A DNA stretch of 64,000 bases, taken from contig JAPKDQ010000009.1 of the NCBI GenBank assembly GCA_028822445.1, forward strand, positions 6,501 to 70,500, read 5' to 3'. The position numbers were made by a program, and so were the translations under genes. Source of the stretch: Rhodospirillaceae bacterium. Lineage in GTDB: Bacteria; Pseudomonadota; Alphaproteobacteria; Rhodospirillales; Rhodospirillaceae. This document shows positions 8,939 through 17,745 of the stretch, piece after piece (position 1 is the first letter of the stretch; each line of letters starts with the position of its first letter). Under the pieces are notes generated by a model. It worked only from the letters and a program-made list of their open reading frames with translations. It was not told the origin of the DNA and did not search any database.

Positions 8939-9583
8939 TTACTCCGGGAACGGCATCGTCTGTGTAACACCGTCCCAATTCTTTGCGGCGTCACGCATGT
9001 AGTGGAGTAATCCGCCAATGAATTCGTTGTATTCGACATACTCCATGTACCCGCCATAGGTAGAGCGGGCATCCACATAGGCTAGCCGATTGTTGGGTTC
9101 GAAATGCCCAAGCACGGCGAGGGGGTACCCGGCCGCTTCTGACTCGGCAATTGATGCGTCCAAATCGTTCGTTAATTTGGCGATGTGATGGAATCCTCCG
9201 CCATTTTTGGCGACTTCTGAGTAAATACTAGGGCGGTCATCATTTGGTTGAATCAATTCAATGAAACTGTCACCCGAGTAGGCCAAGCCTATTTTGATGT
9301 CGAACGGTAATGGTGCGCCTTCTTTATCGTTCATGACAAAACTCTCAAAGACCAGGAATGGGCCAATTTTAAGTTTTTCCGTCCATTCTTTGATGCTGGC
9401 TTCTAGATCCGTGACGACAAAACAGGTTTGGTAAATCGTGTTGATGAGGTGTTCTGTTCGTTCAGGCGTGGCCTCCGTGTCGGCCTCGGCGCATCCTGCA
9501 ACACCAAGGGCAGCCGTCGTAGCGGCGAGTGTTGAGACGGTACCGAACGAACGGCGTGATATTGGGGGGCTTGGGTTGGCCAT
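8939..9583 (-). CDS. VOC (glyoxalase/dioxygenase-like) family protein with Tat-lipoprotein signal
   Basis: N-terminus has ISRRSFG (twin-Arg) and lipobox-like GVAGC. Body has VOC-like FHHIAKLTNDLDASIAESEAAGY. Last gene of the E1-lipoyl operon. Confidence 0.6.
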   Translation of the reverse strand: MANPSPPISRRSFGTVSTLAATTAALGVAGCAEADTEATPERTEHLINTIYQTCFVVTDLEASIKEWTEKLKIGPFLVFESFVMNDKEGAPLPFDIKIGLAYSGDSFIELIQPNDDRPSIYSEVAKNGGGFHHIAKLTNDLDASIAESEAAGYPLAVLGHFEPNNRLAYVDARSTYGGYMEYVEYNEFIGGLLHYMRDAAKNWDGVTQTMPFPE

Positions 9584-9600
9584 GGGGTTAACCTTTCTGA

Positions 9601-9846
9601 CTATTGTTCAATTTCAGCGATTGGGTATCCAACCTTATAGGTTTCACCGACTTCGCCTAATCGTTTGAAGGTGCCCTCAAAGGGGCACTCAATTTCCATT
9701 GTCGTTTTCTCGGTCTCAATGGCATAGATAGCTTGGCCCAGCGACACCGGATCGCCGTCGTTGACAAACCATTCAACCAACTTGCCTTCTTGCATGGACA
9801 CGGCACCTTTGGGCACCTTCAGTGTGATTTTTGCCAACGTGAGCAA
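9601..9846 (-). CDS. Stand-alone lipoyl-attachment domain protein (81 aa)
   Basis: KITLKVPKGAVSMQEGKLVEWFV...AIYAIETEKTTMEIECPFEG matches E2 lipoyl domains (lipoyl-Lys in ETEKT). TTG start 3 nt after the E1 stop. No E2 catalytic domain follows. Confidence 0.8.
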   Translation of the reverse strand: MLTLAKITLKVPKGAVSMQEGKLVEWFVNDGDPVSLGQAIYAIETEKTTMEIECPFEGTFKRLGEVGETYKVGYPIAEIEQ

Positions 9847-9849
9847 CTC

Positions 9850-11901
9850 CTACTTCATCAGGCTTTCGGCCGTATCCTTAATCCGCGCAGCGTTCGGAAA
9901 GTGCATGGATTCAAGGCTGGGGGTAAACGGAACGGGTGTGTAACGGGCGCCCACCCGCTTTATGGGTGCCTTGAGCTGGCCATACAGCTCTTCGCTTAAT
10001 TTAGCAGCTAACTCTGCGCCGAAACCTGAAAACTCAACAGCGGCATGAGCAATGACACATCGTCCGGTTTTTTTGACAGATGTCACACAGGTGTCGAGAT
10101 CAAGAGGAACCAAGGAGCGCAGGTCAATAACTTCTGCACTGACACCTACTTCAGCCAAAGCGTCTGCAGCGGCATTCGCCTCGACAGAACACCACCCATA
10201 GGAAATCAGTGTTACGTCAGTCCCCTCGCGGCGCACGGCAGCCTTGCCTAGGGGTATCTCATAGCGCCCAACAGGAACTTCATCGGGTACGAAGTAACAG
10301 CGCATGGGTTCCAGTACGAGGACGGGGTCAGGATCAGCGATGGCTGCTAACAACAAGCCTTTTGCATCTGCCGCCGTGCTCGGAGCGACAACTTTTATTC
10401 CGGGAATGTGGGTAAACCACGCTTCAAGAGATTGTGAGTGTTGGGCTGCGAAGTTACCGACGTTGCCTGCCGTGACCGTGCGAATAACAATTGGAACACT
10501 GGTGCGACCGCCAGACATGTAGCGTAGTTTAGCCGCATGGTTAGCAATCTGATCCATACACACCATAGAAAAATCATTAATCATGATTTCTGCCACAGGC
10601 TTCATGCCATTAAGCGAAGCACCGATGGCTGCGCCAATGATGGCTTGTTCAGAGATGGGTGACGGTCGCACGCGGTCTACGCCGTGCTTGGTCGATAGAC
10701 CGGCCGTTGCTTTGGCCACGCCACCCGCAGGATCAGCGATATCCTCACCAATTAAAAATACGTCGGGGTCTTCACCAAGGGCGATGTCTAAGGCTTCGGT
10801 AATGGCCACAACCATGGGGACCGTAACGACCTCGCGGTCAGATAGGTCGGGTTCTGCTGCGGTGGTTGTTGGAGAGGAGTAGGGTACGGCAGATGCGTCC
10901 GCAAAAATATCCGTATACAACTCAGACTCGTTTGGCATGTCAGCGGCCATGGATTTCTCAACAGCGTCTTCCACTTCCTGCTTGGCATCAGCATCGATCG
11001 TATCCAGGTCTTCAGCCGTGGCGTTGCCTCGCTCAATCAGACTGGCGCGGAACTTAGCGATGGGCGGATTAGCCCTCGCTGCAGCCAGTTTCTCTTGATC
11101 CATGTGGCCTTCTTCACTGCCGAAGGAGTGACCTTGCAAGCGAAGCGCCATACATTCCAATAGGGTCGGGCCTTCGCCATTGCGTGCCCGGGTAATCGCG
11201 CGTCCAGCAGCGGCGTGCATGGCGTCTGGATCCGTGCCGTCGACAGTCTCACCTGCCATGCCATAGCCTGCCGCACGGTCTGCAATGTTTGCGCTCTTGG
11301 TTGAGCCTTCAAAGGATGTGTATTCAGCGTATGCGTTGTTCTGGCATAGGAAGACGATGGGTAGGTCCCACAGCGCTGCCATATTTACACTCTCGTTAAA
11401 GGCACCGATGTTGGATGCACCATCGCCAAAGTTCACGACAACAACGCGGCCGGTACCTTTCAATTTCGCGGCCAAAGCAAGGCCGTTGGCAATGGGCATG
11501 CCCGCGCCAACGATGCCGGTTGTGACCATCAGACCCGCGTCGGGATCTGACAAGTGCATGGCACCTCCTTTGCCTTTCGATGTCCCCGTAATTTTGCCCA
11601 TCATCTCTGCGATGATCTCAACCATCGGTGTGCCTTTGGCAACAATGTCGTGGACGCCCCGGTAGGTAGTGACGACTTGGTCTTCTTTGTGGAGGTGAGG
11701 GGCAATGGATGCCGGGATCGCTTCCTGTCCACCGCAAGGGTAATATTGAAACTGTAATGCACCAGCTGCTAGCAGCTGCTGAATGCGTTGGTCGCAGGCA
11801 TGAATGCGAACCATTGTCGTATAAATTAAAAGCGCGATGTCTTGCGGCAGCGCGTTCGGTAAAGCTTGATTAGACATTGATGCACCCCGAGTATTCGTCA
11901 A
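9850..11901 (-). CDS. Fused E1 alpha-beta thiamine-diphosphate-dependent 2-oxoacid/acetoin dehydrogenase component
   Basis: 683 aa. The N-terminal half has the TPP motif GDGASNIGAFNES...LCQNN. The C-terminal half is transketolase-pyrimidine/E1-beta-like (FLIGEDIADPAGG, EQAIIGAAIGASLNG). A more likely start is ATG 11877 (MSNQALP...). Confidence 0.9.
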   Translation of the reverse strand: MTNTRGASMSNQALPNALPQDIALLIYTTMVRIHACDQRIQQLLAAGALQFQYYPCGGQEAIPASIAPHLHKEDQVVTTYRGVHDIVAKGTPMVEIIAEMMGKITGTSKGKGGAMHLSDPDAGLMVTTGIVGAGMPIANGLALAAKLKGTGRVVVVNFGDGASNIGAFNESVNMAALWDLPIVFLCQNNAYAEYTSFEGSTKSANIADRAAGYGMAGETVDGTDPDAMHAAAGRAITRARNGEGPTLLECMALRLQGHSFGSEEGHMDQEKLAAARANPPIAKFRASLIERGNATAEDLDTIDADAKQEVEDAVEKSMAADMPNESELYTDIFADASAVPYSSPTTTAAEPDLSDREVVTVPMVVAITEALDIALGEDPDVFLIGEDIADPAGGVAKATAGLSTKHGVDRVRPSPISEQAIIGAAIGASLNGMKPVAEIMINDFSMVCMDQIANHAAKLRYMSGGRTSVPIVIRTVTAGNVGNFAAQHSQSLEAWFTHIPGIKVVAPSTAADAKGLLLAAIADPDPVLVLEPMRCYFVPDEVPVGRYEIPLGKAAVRREGTDVTLISYGWCSVEANAAADALAEVGVSAEVIDLRSLVPLDLDTCVTSVKKTGRCVIAHAAVEFSGFGAELAAKLSEELYGQLKAPIKRVGARYTPVPFTPSLESMHFPNAARIKDTAESLMK

Positions 11902-11952
11902 CGAAAAAGACAGCCAGGCGGCCTCGAAAGTTGCCGGTTCTCAGCTCGTCCA

Positions 11953-11966
11953 TGCAATAGATTGCA
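11953..11966. promoter_or_regulatory. Perfect 6-2-6 palindrome TGCAAT-AG-ATTGCA upstream of the E1 operon (candidate operator)
   Basis: Read directly from the sequence. Lies about 50-75 nt upstream of the E1 start in the 160-bp gap between the E1 operon start and the 3' end of the MFS gene. Confidence 0.2.
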
Positions 11967-12061
11967 CGCTATGGCGGCAGTTGAATAGTCTCAATATATA
12001 GACATGATAAGCTAAAAACTTAACAAATAGATAATTTGTGGCTGGCTTTTGTGAAGTGTCT

Positions 12062-13270
12062 TTATGGTTCTATTTTTTTACGCGCAAATATGCAGGCGCA
12101 AAGCACCGAAAACGTACCCGCAATTTGTAGGCTGGTTTGCGGGCTAATACTTTCGGCTATTAGGCCCCAGACCGGGCTGGATAGGGCTGTAGCGCCCATG
12201 AAGACGGTTGTCATGAGGGCAAGGCCGCGCCCTCGTATAGCGTCCGGTAATTGCAATTGAGCGCTGACTTGGAACGTCGTCATGATAAAAAATGATGCGA
12301 CACCAATTATGCCCATCAACAACGCTTTCGCAATGAAGGGGTCGGCGATAGAGAGGAGACCGATGCATGTGGCGTGTACAAGAATTGCAATTGTCACTGC
12401 CTGAGTTCTAGACGACACTCTTGAAAGGTATCCATAGAGTGTTGCTCCGGCAATCGCACCAAAACCGAATAAGCCATATAGTAGACCGAATTCAGCCGCA
12501 CTTTCTGTGATCAGGGGAACGATTGCCAATACGGTTGACCAAACGCAGAAATACAAGCCACCGCGCAATAAGATGGCTCCAAAGCTTGGGGTCTGTTTCA
12601 CCCAAATCTTTAAGTTTACCAGCCCTTGAAAAAACGACGGGCGGTCTGCTTTCGATACGATGTCGAAGGACGGGAGGCGCAAAAGAACCGCCACATAGAG
12701 TAGGTAGATACCGGAATTTGCGAGAAAGAGCGCCATTGCCCCGATAACGGGGAGAAGGGCGCCGGCTATTGCTGGCCCGACAATACGTCCGCCATTGACG
12801 GCCATACTGTTTAAACTAATCGCGAAGGGCAGTCGGTCCTTATCGATTAAGGACGGTAGCAAGGCGGACTGGCTCGGCAGCTTCATCGCATTGCCCACTG
12901 CAAGAAGGGCCGTGCAGAGCAACAAGGCGATAGGGCTGCGAATATCAAGGATTGCCAGGGCTGCGACGGCCAGGGGAGCCGTCATCATCCACACTTGCGA
13001 TAAAATCAGAAACTTTCGGCGATCAAACATGTCGGCAATCGCGCCGGCAGGAAGAGAAAGCAGCATAACCGGCAGAAAAAGTGCGGTTTGAACTAGCGAG
13101 ATCATGACGGCATCGCCATCGGTCCAAGACCGCATCAACCACGTTACGGCAATGTTTTGCATCCAGAATGCCGTCGTTGAGAGGGACATACCTACCCAGA
13201 ACGCCCGAAAGTTTGGCTCGCTTAAGGGCGACCAGACAGAGGTCGCGATGGGGCTGTGGTTCTCTATCAT
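12062..13270 (-). CDS. MFS transporter
   Basis: 402 aa, about 12 hydrophobic helices. MFS-like loop GAIADMFDRRKF after TM2. Confidence 0.85.
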   Translation of the reverse strand: MIENHSPIATSVWSPLSEPNFRAFWVGMSLSTTAFWMQNIAVTWLMRSWTDGDAVMISLVQTALFLPVMLLSLPAGAIADMFDRRKFLILSQVWMMTAPLAVAALAILDIRSPIALLLCTALLAVGNAMKLPSQSALLPSLIDKDRLPFAISLNSMAVNGGRIVGPAIAGALLPVIGAMALFLANSGIYLLYVAVLLRLPSFDIVSKADRPSFFQGLVNLKIWVKQTPSFGAILLRGGLYFCVWSTVLAIVPLITESAAEFGLLYGLFGFGAIAGATLYGYLSRVSSRTQAVTIAILVHATCIGLLSIADPFIAKALLMGIIGVASFFIMTTFQVSAQLQLPDAIRGRGLALMTTVFMGATALSSPVWGLIAESISPQTSLQIAGTFSVLCACIFARKKIEP

Positions 13271-13392
13271 GCCTTTTTCTTTGTGATCAAACGCGCTATT
13301 GCGATCAGAAGACGTTCATGTTGAATACTCATAGGTGCACCTAGACTGATCTGCTTTCCCTGCGCAATCCCAAATTAAAGGACGCGTTCATA

Positions 13393-14439
13393 GTGCCGAC
13401 GTTAATTGAACAGACCGAGACGCCGCTAAATTTTCCTTGGACTGATGCGCCAGGGCCTGCAACGGCAAAGGAGGTCGCGCCGGGCGTGCATTGGATCCGG
13501 ATGCCTCTGCCATTTGCACTCGATCACATTAATTTGTGGTTGCTAGATGACGGCGAGGGTCTGGCGTTAGTGGATAGTGGTTTTGATTCGGTTGCAACGA
13601 AGGAAAATTGGGACACTCTCTTTAAATCCCACTTCACCGGTAAGAAACCTACGCGACTGCTCTGTACACATCACCACCCGGACCATATGGGCTTGGCGGG
13701 GTGGCTCACCAAGACCTACGGCATTTCGCTGTCGACCACCCAAAAGGAGTGGGACGCGTTTCACCAATGGTCACGTCTTGAGCCCGATGACCTTACGGAC
13801 ATTATGCGTGCATTCTATGTGACCTGCGGTGTCTCGGAAGAGCGACAAAATTCCGACTTGAAGCGCCGGAAAGGCCTATCGATACTCAAGCGCATAGAGT
13901 TAACTAAATTCGAGCGTCTCGAAGACGGGGATACGGTTCAGGTTGGCGGACAATCTTGGGCCGTTAATATCGGCACCGGGCACGCACCTGAGCTTGCAGC
14001 GCTCTACCGGGCTGAAGACAGAGTTCTTATTTCGGGCGATCAGGTCCTGCCTAAGATATCCCCCAATGTTAGCGTGATGCCGTTCGCACTAGACGGTAAC
14101 CCCCTCAAAGGTTTTATGGATAGCTTAGATCGCTTCCGCGGCTTACCGGTTGATACGCTTGTCCTGCCTTCTCACAAGTTACCGTTCTATGGTTTGCATG
14201 ATCGCATTGATGCCTTGAAGTCGCACCATATGGACCGGCTTGATGATGCGTTGAATGCGTCTGCTACGTCAGTAACGGCAGCCATCGCAACGACGGTTCT
14301 GTTCCCCAGGGCGTTGAATGATCACCAGTACTTCTTCGCTCTTGGCGAGACCTTAGCGCACCTAAATTACTTGTGGCATGCCGGGCAGATTTCCCGAACA
14401 GAATCTAAGACTGGGGCCCACACTTTTCAGCGTGCCTAA
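13393..14439 (+). CDS. MBL-fold metallo-hydrolase
   Basis: HHHPDH metal-binding motif (LLCTHHHPDHMG) and further conserved His/Asp (GTGHAPE, SGDQVLP). GTG start. Confidence 0.85.
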   Translation: MPTLIEQTETPLNFPWTDAPGPATAKEVAPGVHWIRMPLPFALDHINLWLLDDGEGLALVDSGFDSVATKENWDTLFKSHFTGKKPTRLLCTHHHPDHMGLAGWLTKTYGISLSTTQKEWDAFHQWSRLEPDDLTDIMRAFYVTCGVSEERQNSDLKRRKGLSILKRIELTKFERLEDGDTVQVGGQSWAVNIGTGHAPELAALYRAEDRVLISGDQVLPKISPNVSVMPFALDGNPLKGFMDSLDRFRGLPVDTLVLPSHKLPFYGLHDRIDALKSHHMDRLDDALNASATSVTAAIATTVLFPRALNDHQYFFALGETLAHLNYLWHAGQISRTESKTGAHTFQRA

Positions 14440-14483
14440 TTGCTTGCCCCACCTTGAATCGTTTCCATTCCGGCCATATAGTA

Positions 14484-14515
14484 TAGCTCGAAATGCGAGC
14501 TACATAGAAACTATG
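14484..14515. promoter_or_regulatory. Two adjacent perfect inverted repeats (TAGCTCG-AAATG-CGAGCTA, CATAG-AAA-CTATG): candidate IclR operator or weak terminator
   Basis: Read from the sequence. Located 20-50 nt upstream of the IclR gene start (14535) and about 45 nt after the MBL gene stop. No T-run follows, so a terminator is less likely. Confidence 0.3.
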
Positions 14516-14534
14516 TGGCGCTCTGTGAAGGCGT

Positions 14535-15317
14535 ATGACCCAACCCGTCCAATCCTTTAATCGCGGACTTCAAATTCTCGAGTACTTGAATTTGTACAAC
14601 GGTTCGAATGCGAATGCCGTCTCTCGGGGGACGGGGCTAACGCGGGGCACGACCTTTCGTCTTCTTGAAACGCTACGGCAATCAAACTTTGTCCGCCGAG
14701 ATTCTAAGTCTGGTCAGTATTGGCTTGAACGCCAGGTGCGGGGGCTCTCTGATGGATATTCCGACGAGCAATGGGTTGATGATTTCGCGCGCTCCAAGTT
14801 GAAACAGGTTGGGGAAGAGCTGGTTTGGCCGCTAACTTTATCGACGCCGTCAGGCATCTTCATGCTGATCCGTCTTAATACGGATTTCGAAAGCCCTTTG
14901 TCACAAAACCGATTCCTTACGGGGCATAGGGTGCCTTTACTCGATAGTGCATCTGGTCTCGTCTTTCTGAGCTTCTGTGACGAGGAACAGCGGCAAACGC
15001 TGATTGAGATGGCGGCACAGGCTGGCCAGTTCAAATCCAATTCCCTGTTTTCAAATGAGAAAGCGCTTTCTATTCGTATGGATAAGGTCCGAGCTATGGG
15101 CTTTGCGAAGCGACAGGAAAAAACGCGATCGGTTTTGTCTGTTCCTATCTTTTCGAATAAACGCATTTTTGCATGCGTCGCCATGAGATATTTCTCGTCG
15201 GCTGTGAGTGAGAAAGACATTAAATCTAAATATCTTCCGGCTCTCTTGGAAATATCTAATGCAATTGGTCAGGCGTTTGGGGTGGGCCGAAAGGCGGCCC
15301 AAAGAAAGCTCGAATAG
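14535..15317 (+). CDS. IclR-family transcriptional regulator
   Basis: N-terminal winged HTH (FNRGLQILEYL...VSRGTGLTRGTTFRLLETL) and a C-terminal effector domain of IclR length. Confidence 0.85.
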   Translation: MTQPVQSFNRGLQILEYLNLYNGSNANAVSRGTGLTRGTTFRLLETLRQSNFVRRDSKSGQYWLERQVRGLSDGYSDEQWVDDFARSKLKQVGEELVWPLTLSTPSGIFMLIRLNTDFESPLSQNRFLTGHRVPLLDSASGLVFLSFCDEEQRQTLIEMAAQAGQFKSNSLFSNEKALSIRMDKVRAMGFAKRQEKTRSVLSVPIFSNKRIFACVAMRYFSSAVSEKDIKSKYLPALLEISNAIGQAFGVGRKAAQRKLE

Positions 15318-15407
15318 TGAGCGCGGTAGGTTATAGATATAGAGTCCTCCGCCGCAGACGCTATTTAATCTTAGAAAATAAGGGGTTTTGCGAGTGAGGG
15401 TGGGATT

Positions 15408-17741
15408 ATGACAGTGAAAGTGAGCGGCCCTCTATCAGGCTTGCGCGTGCTAGACTGCGGGACCGCTATTGTTGGTCCGTGGAGCGCCACCTTGCTTGCG
15501 TTCCTGGGTGCTGATGCGATCAAAGTTGAACGCCCGTCCGGCGAGATCACGCGTCTGGCGCGGCCACAGCAAAGGGGTTGGTCGACGGCCTATACGATTG
15601 CCAATCTCTGCAAGCGTTCTATAGAGCTCGATTTTAAAGATAAGGCCAATAAGCCTGCCGTGGAGCGGCTGCTCAGCCAGGCGGACGTCGTCATTGAGAA
15701 TTACCGCCCTGGCGTCTCAGACCGGATTGGGATCGGGTATTCTCAAGCTAAAGTCATGAATCGAAATGTTGTCTATGGCTCCAGCTCTGGCTGGGGGCAT
15801 GTTGGGCCAATGCGCGATATGTCGGCTGTTGATAGCCATTTGCAGGCTTTTAGTGGGTTTGCATCACTCAATGGGTCTCCAAACGGTTCGCCTGAAATGC
15901 TGCGGTATACGCATATTGATCCGAGCGGGGGCACTTTTCTGGCTGCAGGCGTGTTGCTCGGTTTAATCGGGCGGCAACGGTTTGGAGCTGGTGCGCACAT
16001 TGTAACCAGCCACCTTGCGATGACCTTGGCGATGCAAGCCAGCAGAGTGGCCGAAACCCTCGGAACAGGAAAAGCTTTACCAAGACAGGGGAGCGCGAGC
16101 TCAGCGAGTGCGCCCAATCAGTGTTTTGCCACACAAGATGAAACTTACATTGCAGTAACGGCACAGACGCAATCCCAGTGGGTAGCGTTATGCGATGTGA
16201 TCGGTTTGCCATACCTGACGGAAGACCCAAAGTTTTCAACGAACGTTAACCGTGTCCAGAACCAAGCGGCACTGGCGCAAATGATCGGTGACAAGATCAG
16301 CACGAAGCCTTCGCGCTGGTGGATCATTCGATTTGCTCAGGCTGGTGTGCCGGCCAGTCCGTTGTTCGACGCTAATACGCTCGTCAACAATGCCCATATT
16401 CGCGATAATAATTACCTTGTCGATGTTGCGCCTGACCATACCGGACCGATGATGTGTGGCGGGCTGCCTTGGAGGTTCTCGAAGACACCGGCCTCCATGG
16501 CGCAGCCGACGCCAGCACCGGGTGCAGATACTGAAGCAGTGTTACGCGGAGGCTTTGGCCCGGACGTTGAGGGTCATGGCTCAGGCGAGGCTTCTGAAGC
16601 ATCTGACCGGCCGTTGTCTGGATTGCGCGTTGTTGAGTTCTGTTCGGGCTATGCCGGGCCGAACGTCGGGCTGCTCTTGGCCGAAGTGGGCGCTTTAGTC
16701 ACGAAAGTCGAAACCCCGTCTGGGGATTGGTCCAAAGACCTTGCACCTTCGAATTCGAATGGTCGCGGCGAAGTCTTCGACGCGCTGAACCGCAATAAAA
16801 AGATTGTCACACTTAATCCATCTAACCCTATAGATGCCCAGAAAATTAGAGTACTTTTGGCTAAAGCCGACATTGTTCTGACCGACTGGTCTACCGGTAC
16901 GGACGAGGCATTAGCATCTATGGTTAGTGCAGCCGCCCATGAGAAACTGATCACGCTTAATCTGTCCTATTATGGCGAAGAGGGGGCTCTGGCCGGGCAG
17001 ACTGGCAGCGAACTCACCATTCAAGCGATGACTGGCTACCTCCGTGCCCTTGGTGCGCTTGACGGTGAGCCCGTGCGCGTCGGTGCTGATGTGGCTGAGA
17101 GTGCGGCAACTGGTATGGGGTTGCTCGGCATTCTCGCTGCGCTGTATCACCGCGAGAATGTGGGCGAGGGACAAACCGTTTCTGTCAGCCGTTTGGGAGC
17201 GATGATGTCTCTGCGGTCATTGCAGTGGGCAGCAATTTCAAATCCCGACGACTGGTTAGGGCCATCCTACTGTTTAGCGGAAACGGACCCACCGCGGCAC
17301 GGCTACCGCACCAAAGACAACAACATCTTTGTCTCAATGATGAACCTTCGAGATGAAAATAATTTTACTTCAATGTTGGCTGAGCTCAATATGCTAGACG
17401 AAGTCAAGGATAATGAGCGCTTCATTAATGAAGGGCGCATGACCATCGGCATGGGTTTTCTTAGTGGCGAATATCACGGCCTTTGGGAAAAATACCTTAC
17501 GCAAGTGCCGGCCCAAGAAGCTCTGGAGATTTTCAATCGGCTCGGGGGCACAGCGGTCGAGTTTCCAGAGCTCAACCAGCTTATGTGTCACCCACAGGTC
17601 GAGGCCTTGGACTTGTTACAAACGCATAGAGACCGTCAGTTCTTACGCGCGCCCTGGAGCGGGCCTTGGTCTCACCCAGAGCTCGTTGCCGTGGATGATG
17701 AGATGACCGGCGCAGGCCTGCCGCACTCGGCTGAAGGATAA
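15408..17741 (+). CDS. Tandem-fused family III (CaiB/BaiF) CoA-transferase, two complete domains
   Basis: 777 aa. Both halves begin with the family signature (LSGLRVLDCGTAIVGPWSATLLAFLGADAIKVERP and LSGLRVVEFCSGYAGPNVGLLLAEVGALVTKVETP) and are joined by an acidic/Gly-Ser linker. Confidence 0.85.
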   Translation: MTVKVSGPLSGLRVLDCGTAIVGPWSATLLAFLGADAIKVERPSGEITRLARPQQRGWSTAYTIANLCKRSIELDFKDKANKPAVERLLSQADVVIENYRPGVSDRIGIGYSQAKVMNRNVVYGSSSGWGHVGPMRDMSAVDSHLQAFSGFASLNGSPNGSPEMLRYTHIDPSGGTFLAAGVLLGLIGRQRFGAGAHIVTSHLAMTLAMQASRVAETLGTGKALPRQGSASSASAPNQCFATQDETYIAVTAQTQSQWVALCDVIGLPYLTEDPKFSTNVNRVQNQAALAQMIGDKISTKPSRWWIIRFAQAGVPASPLFDANTLVNNAHIRDNNYLVDVAPDHTGPMMCGGLPWRFSKTPASMAQPTPAPGADTEAVLRGGFGPDVEGHGSGEASEASDRPLSGLRVVEFCSGYAGPNVGLLLAEVGALVTKVETPSGDWSKDLAPSNSNGRGEVFDALNRNKKIVTLNPSNPIDAQKIRVLLAKADIVLTDWSTGTDEALASMVSAAAHEKLITLNLSYYGEEGALAGQTGSELTIQAMTGYLRALGALDGEPVRVGADVAESAATGMGLLGILAALYHRENVGEGQTVSVSRLGAMMSLRSLQWAAISNPDDWLGPSYCLAETDPPRHGYRTKDNNIFVSMMNLRDENNFTSMLAELNMLDEVKDNERFINEGRMTIGMGFLSGEYHGLWEKYLTQVPAQEALEIFNRLGGTAVEFPELNQLMCHPQVEALDLLQTHRDRQFLRAPWSGPWSHPELVAVDDEMTGAGLPHSAEG

Positions 17742-17745
17742 GTTA

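Noticed and set aside
14601-14609. GGTTCGAAT, resembling a tRNA T-arm
   Set aside because: It lies in frame inside the IclR coding sequence, with no surrounding cloverleaf-compatible stems.
14714-15220. 168-aa ORF antisense to the IclR gene
   Set aside because: Lies entirely within and opposite to a well-supported IclR CDS, with low-complexity Ser/Arg/Cys-rich composition and no recognisable motif. Typical shadow ORF.
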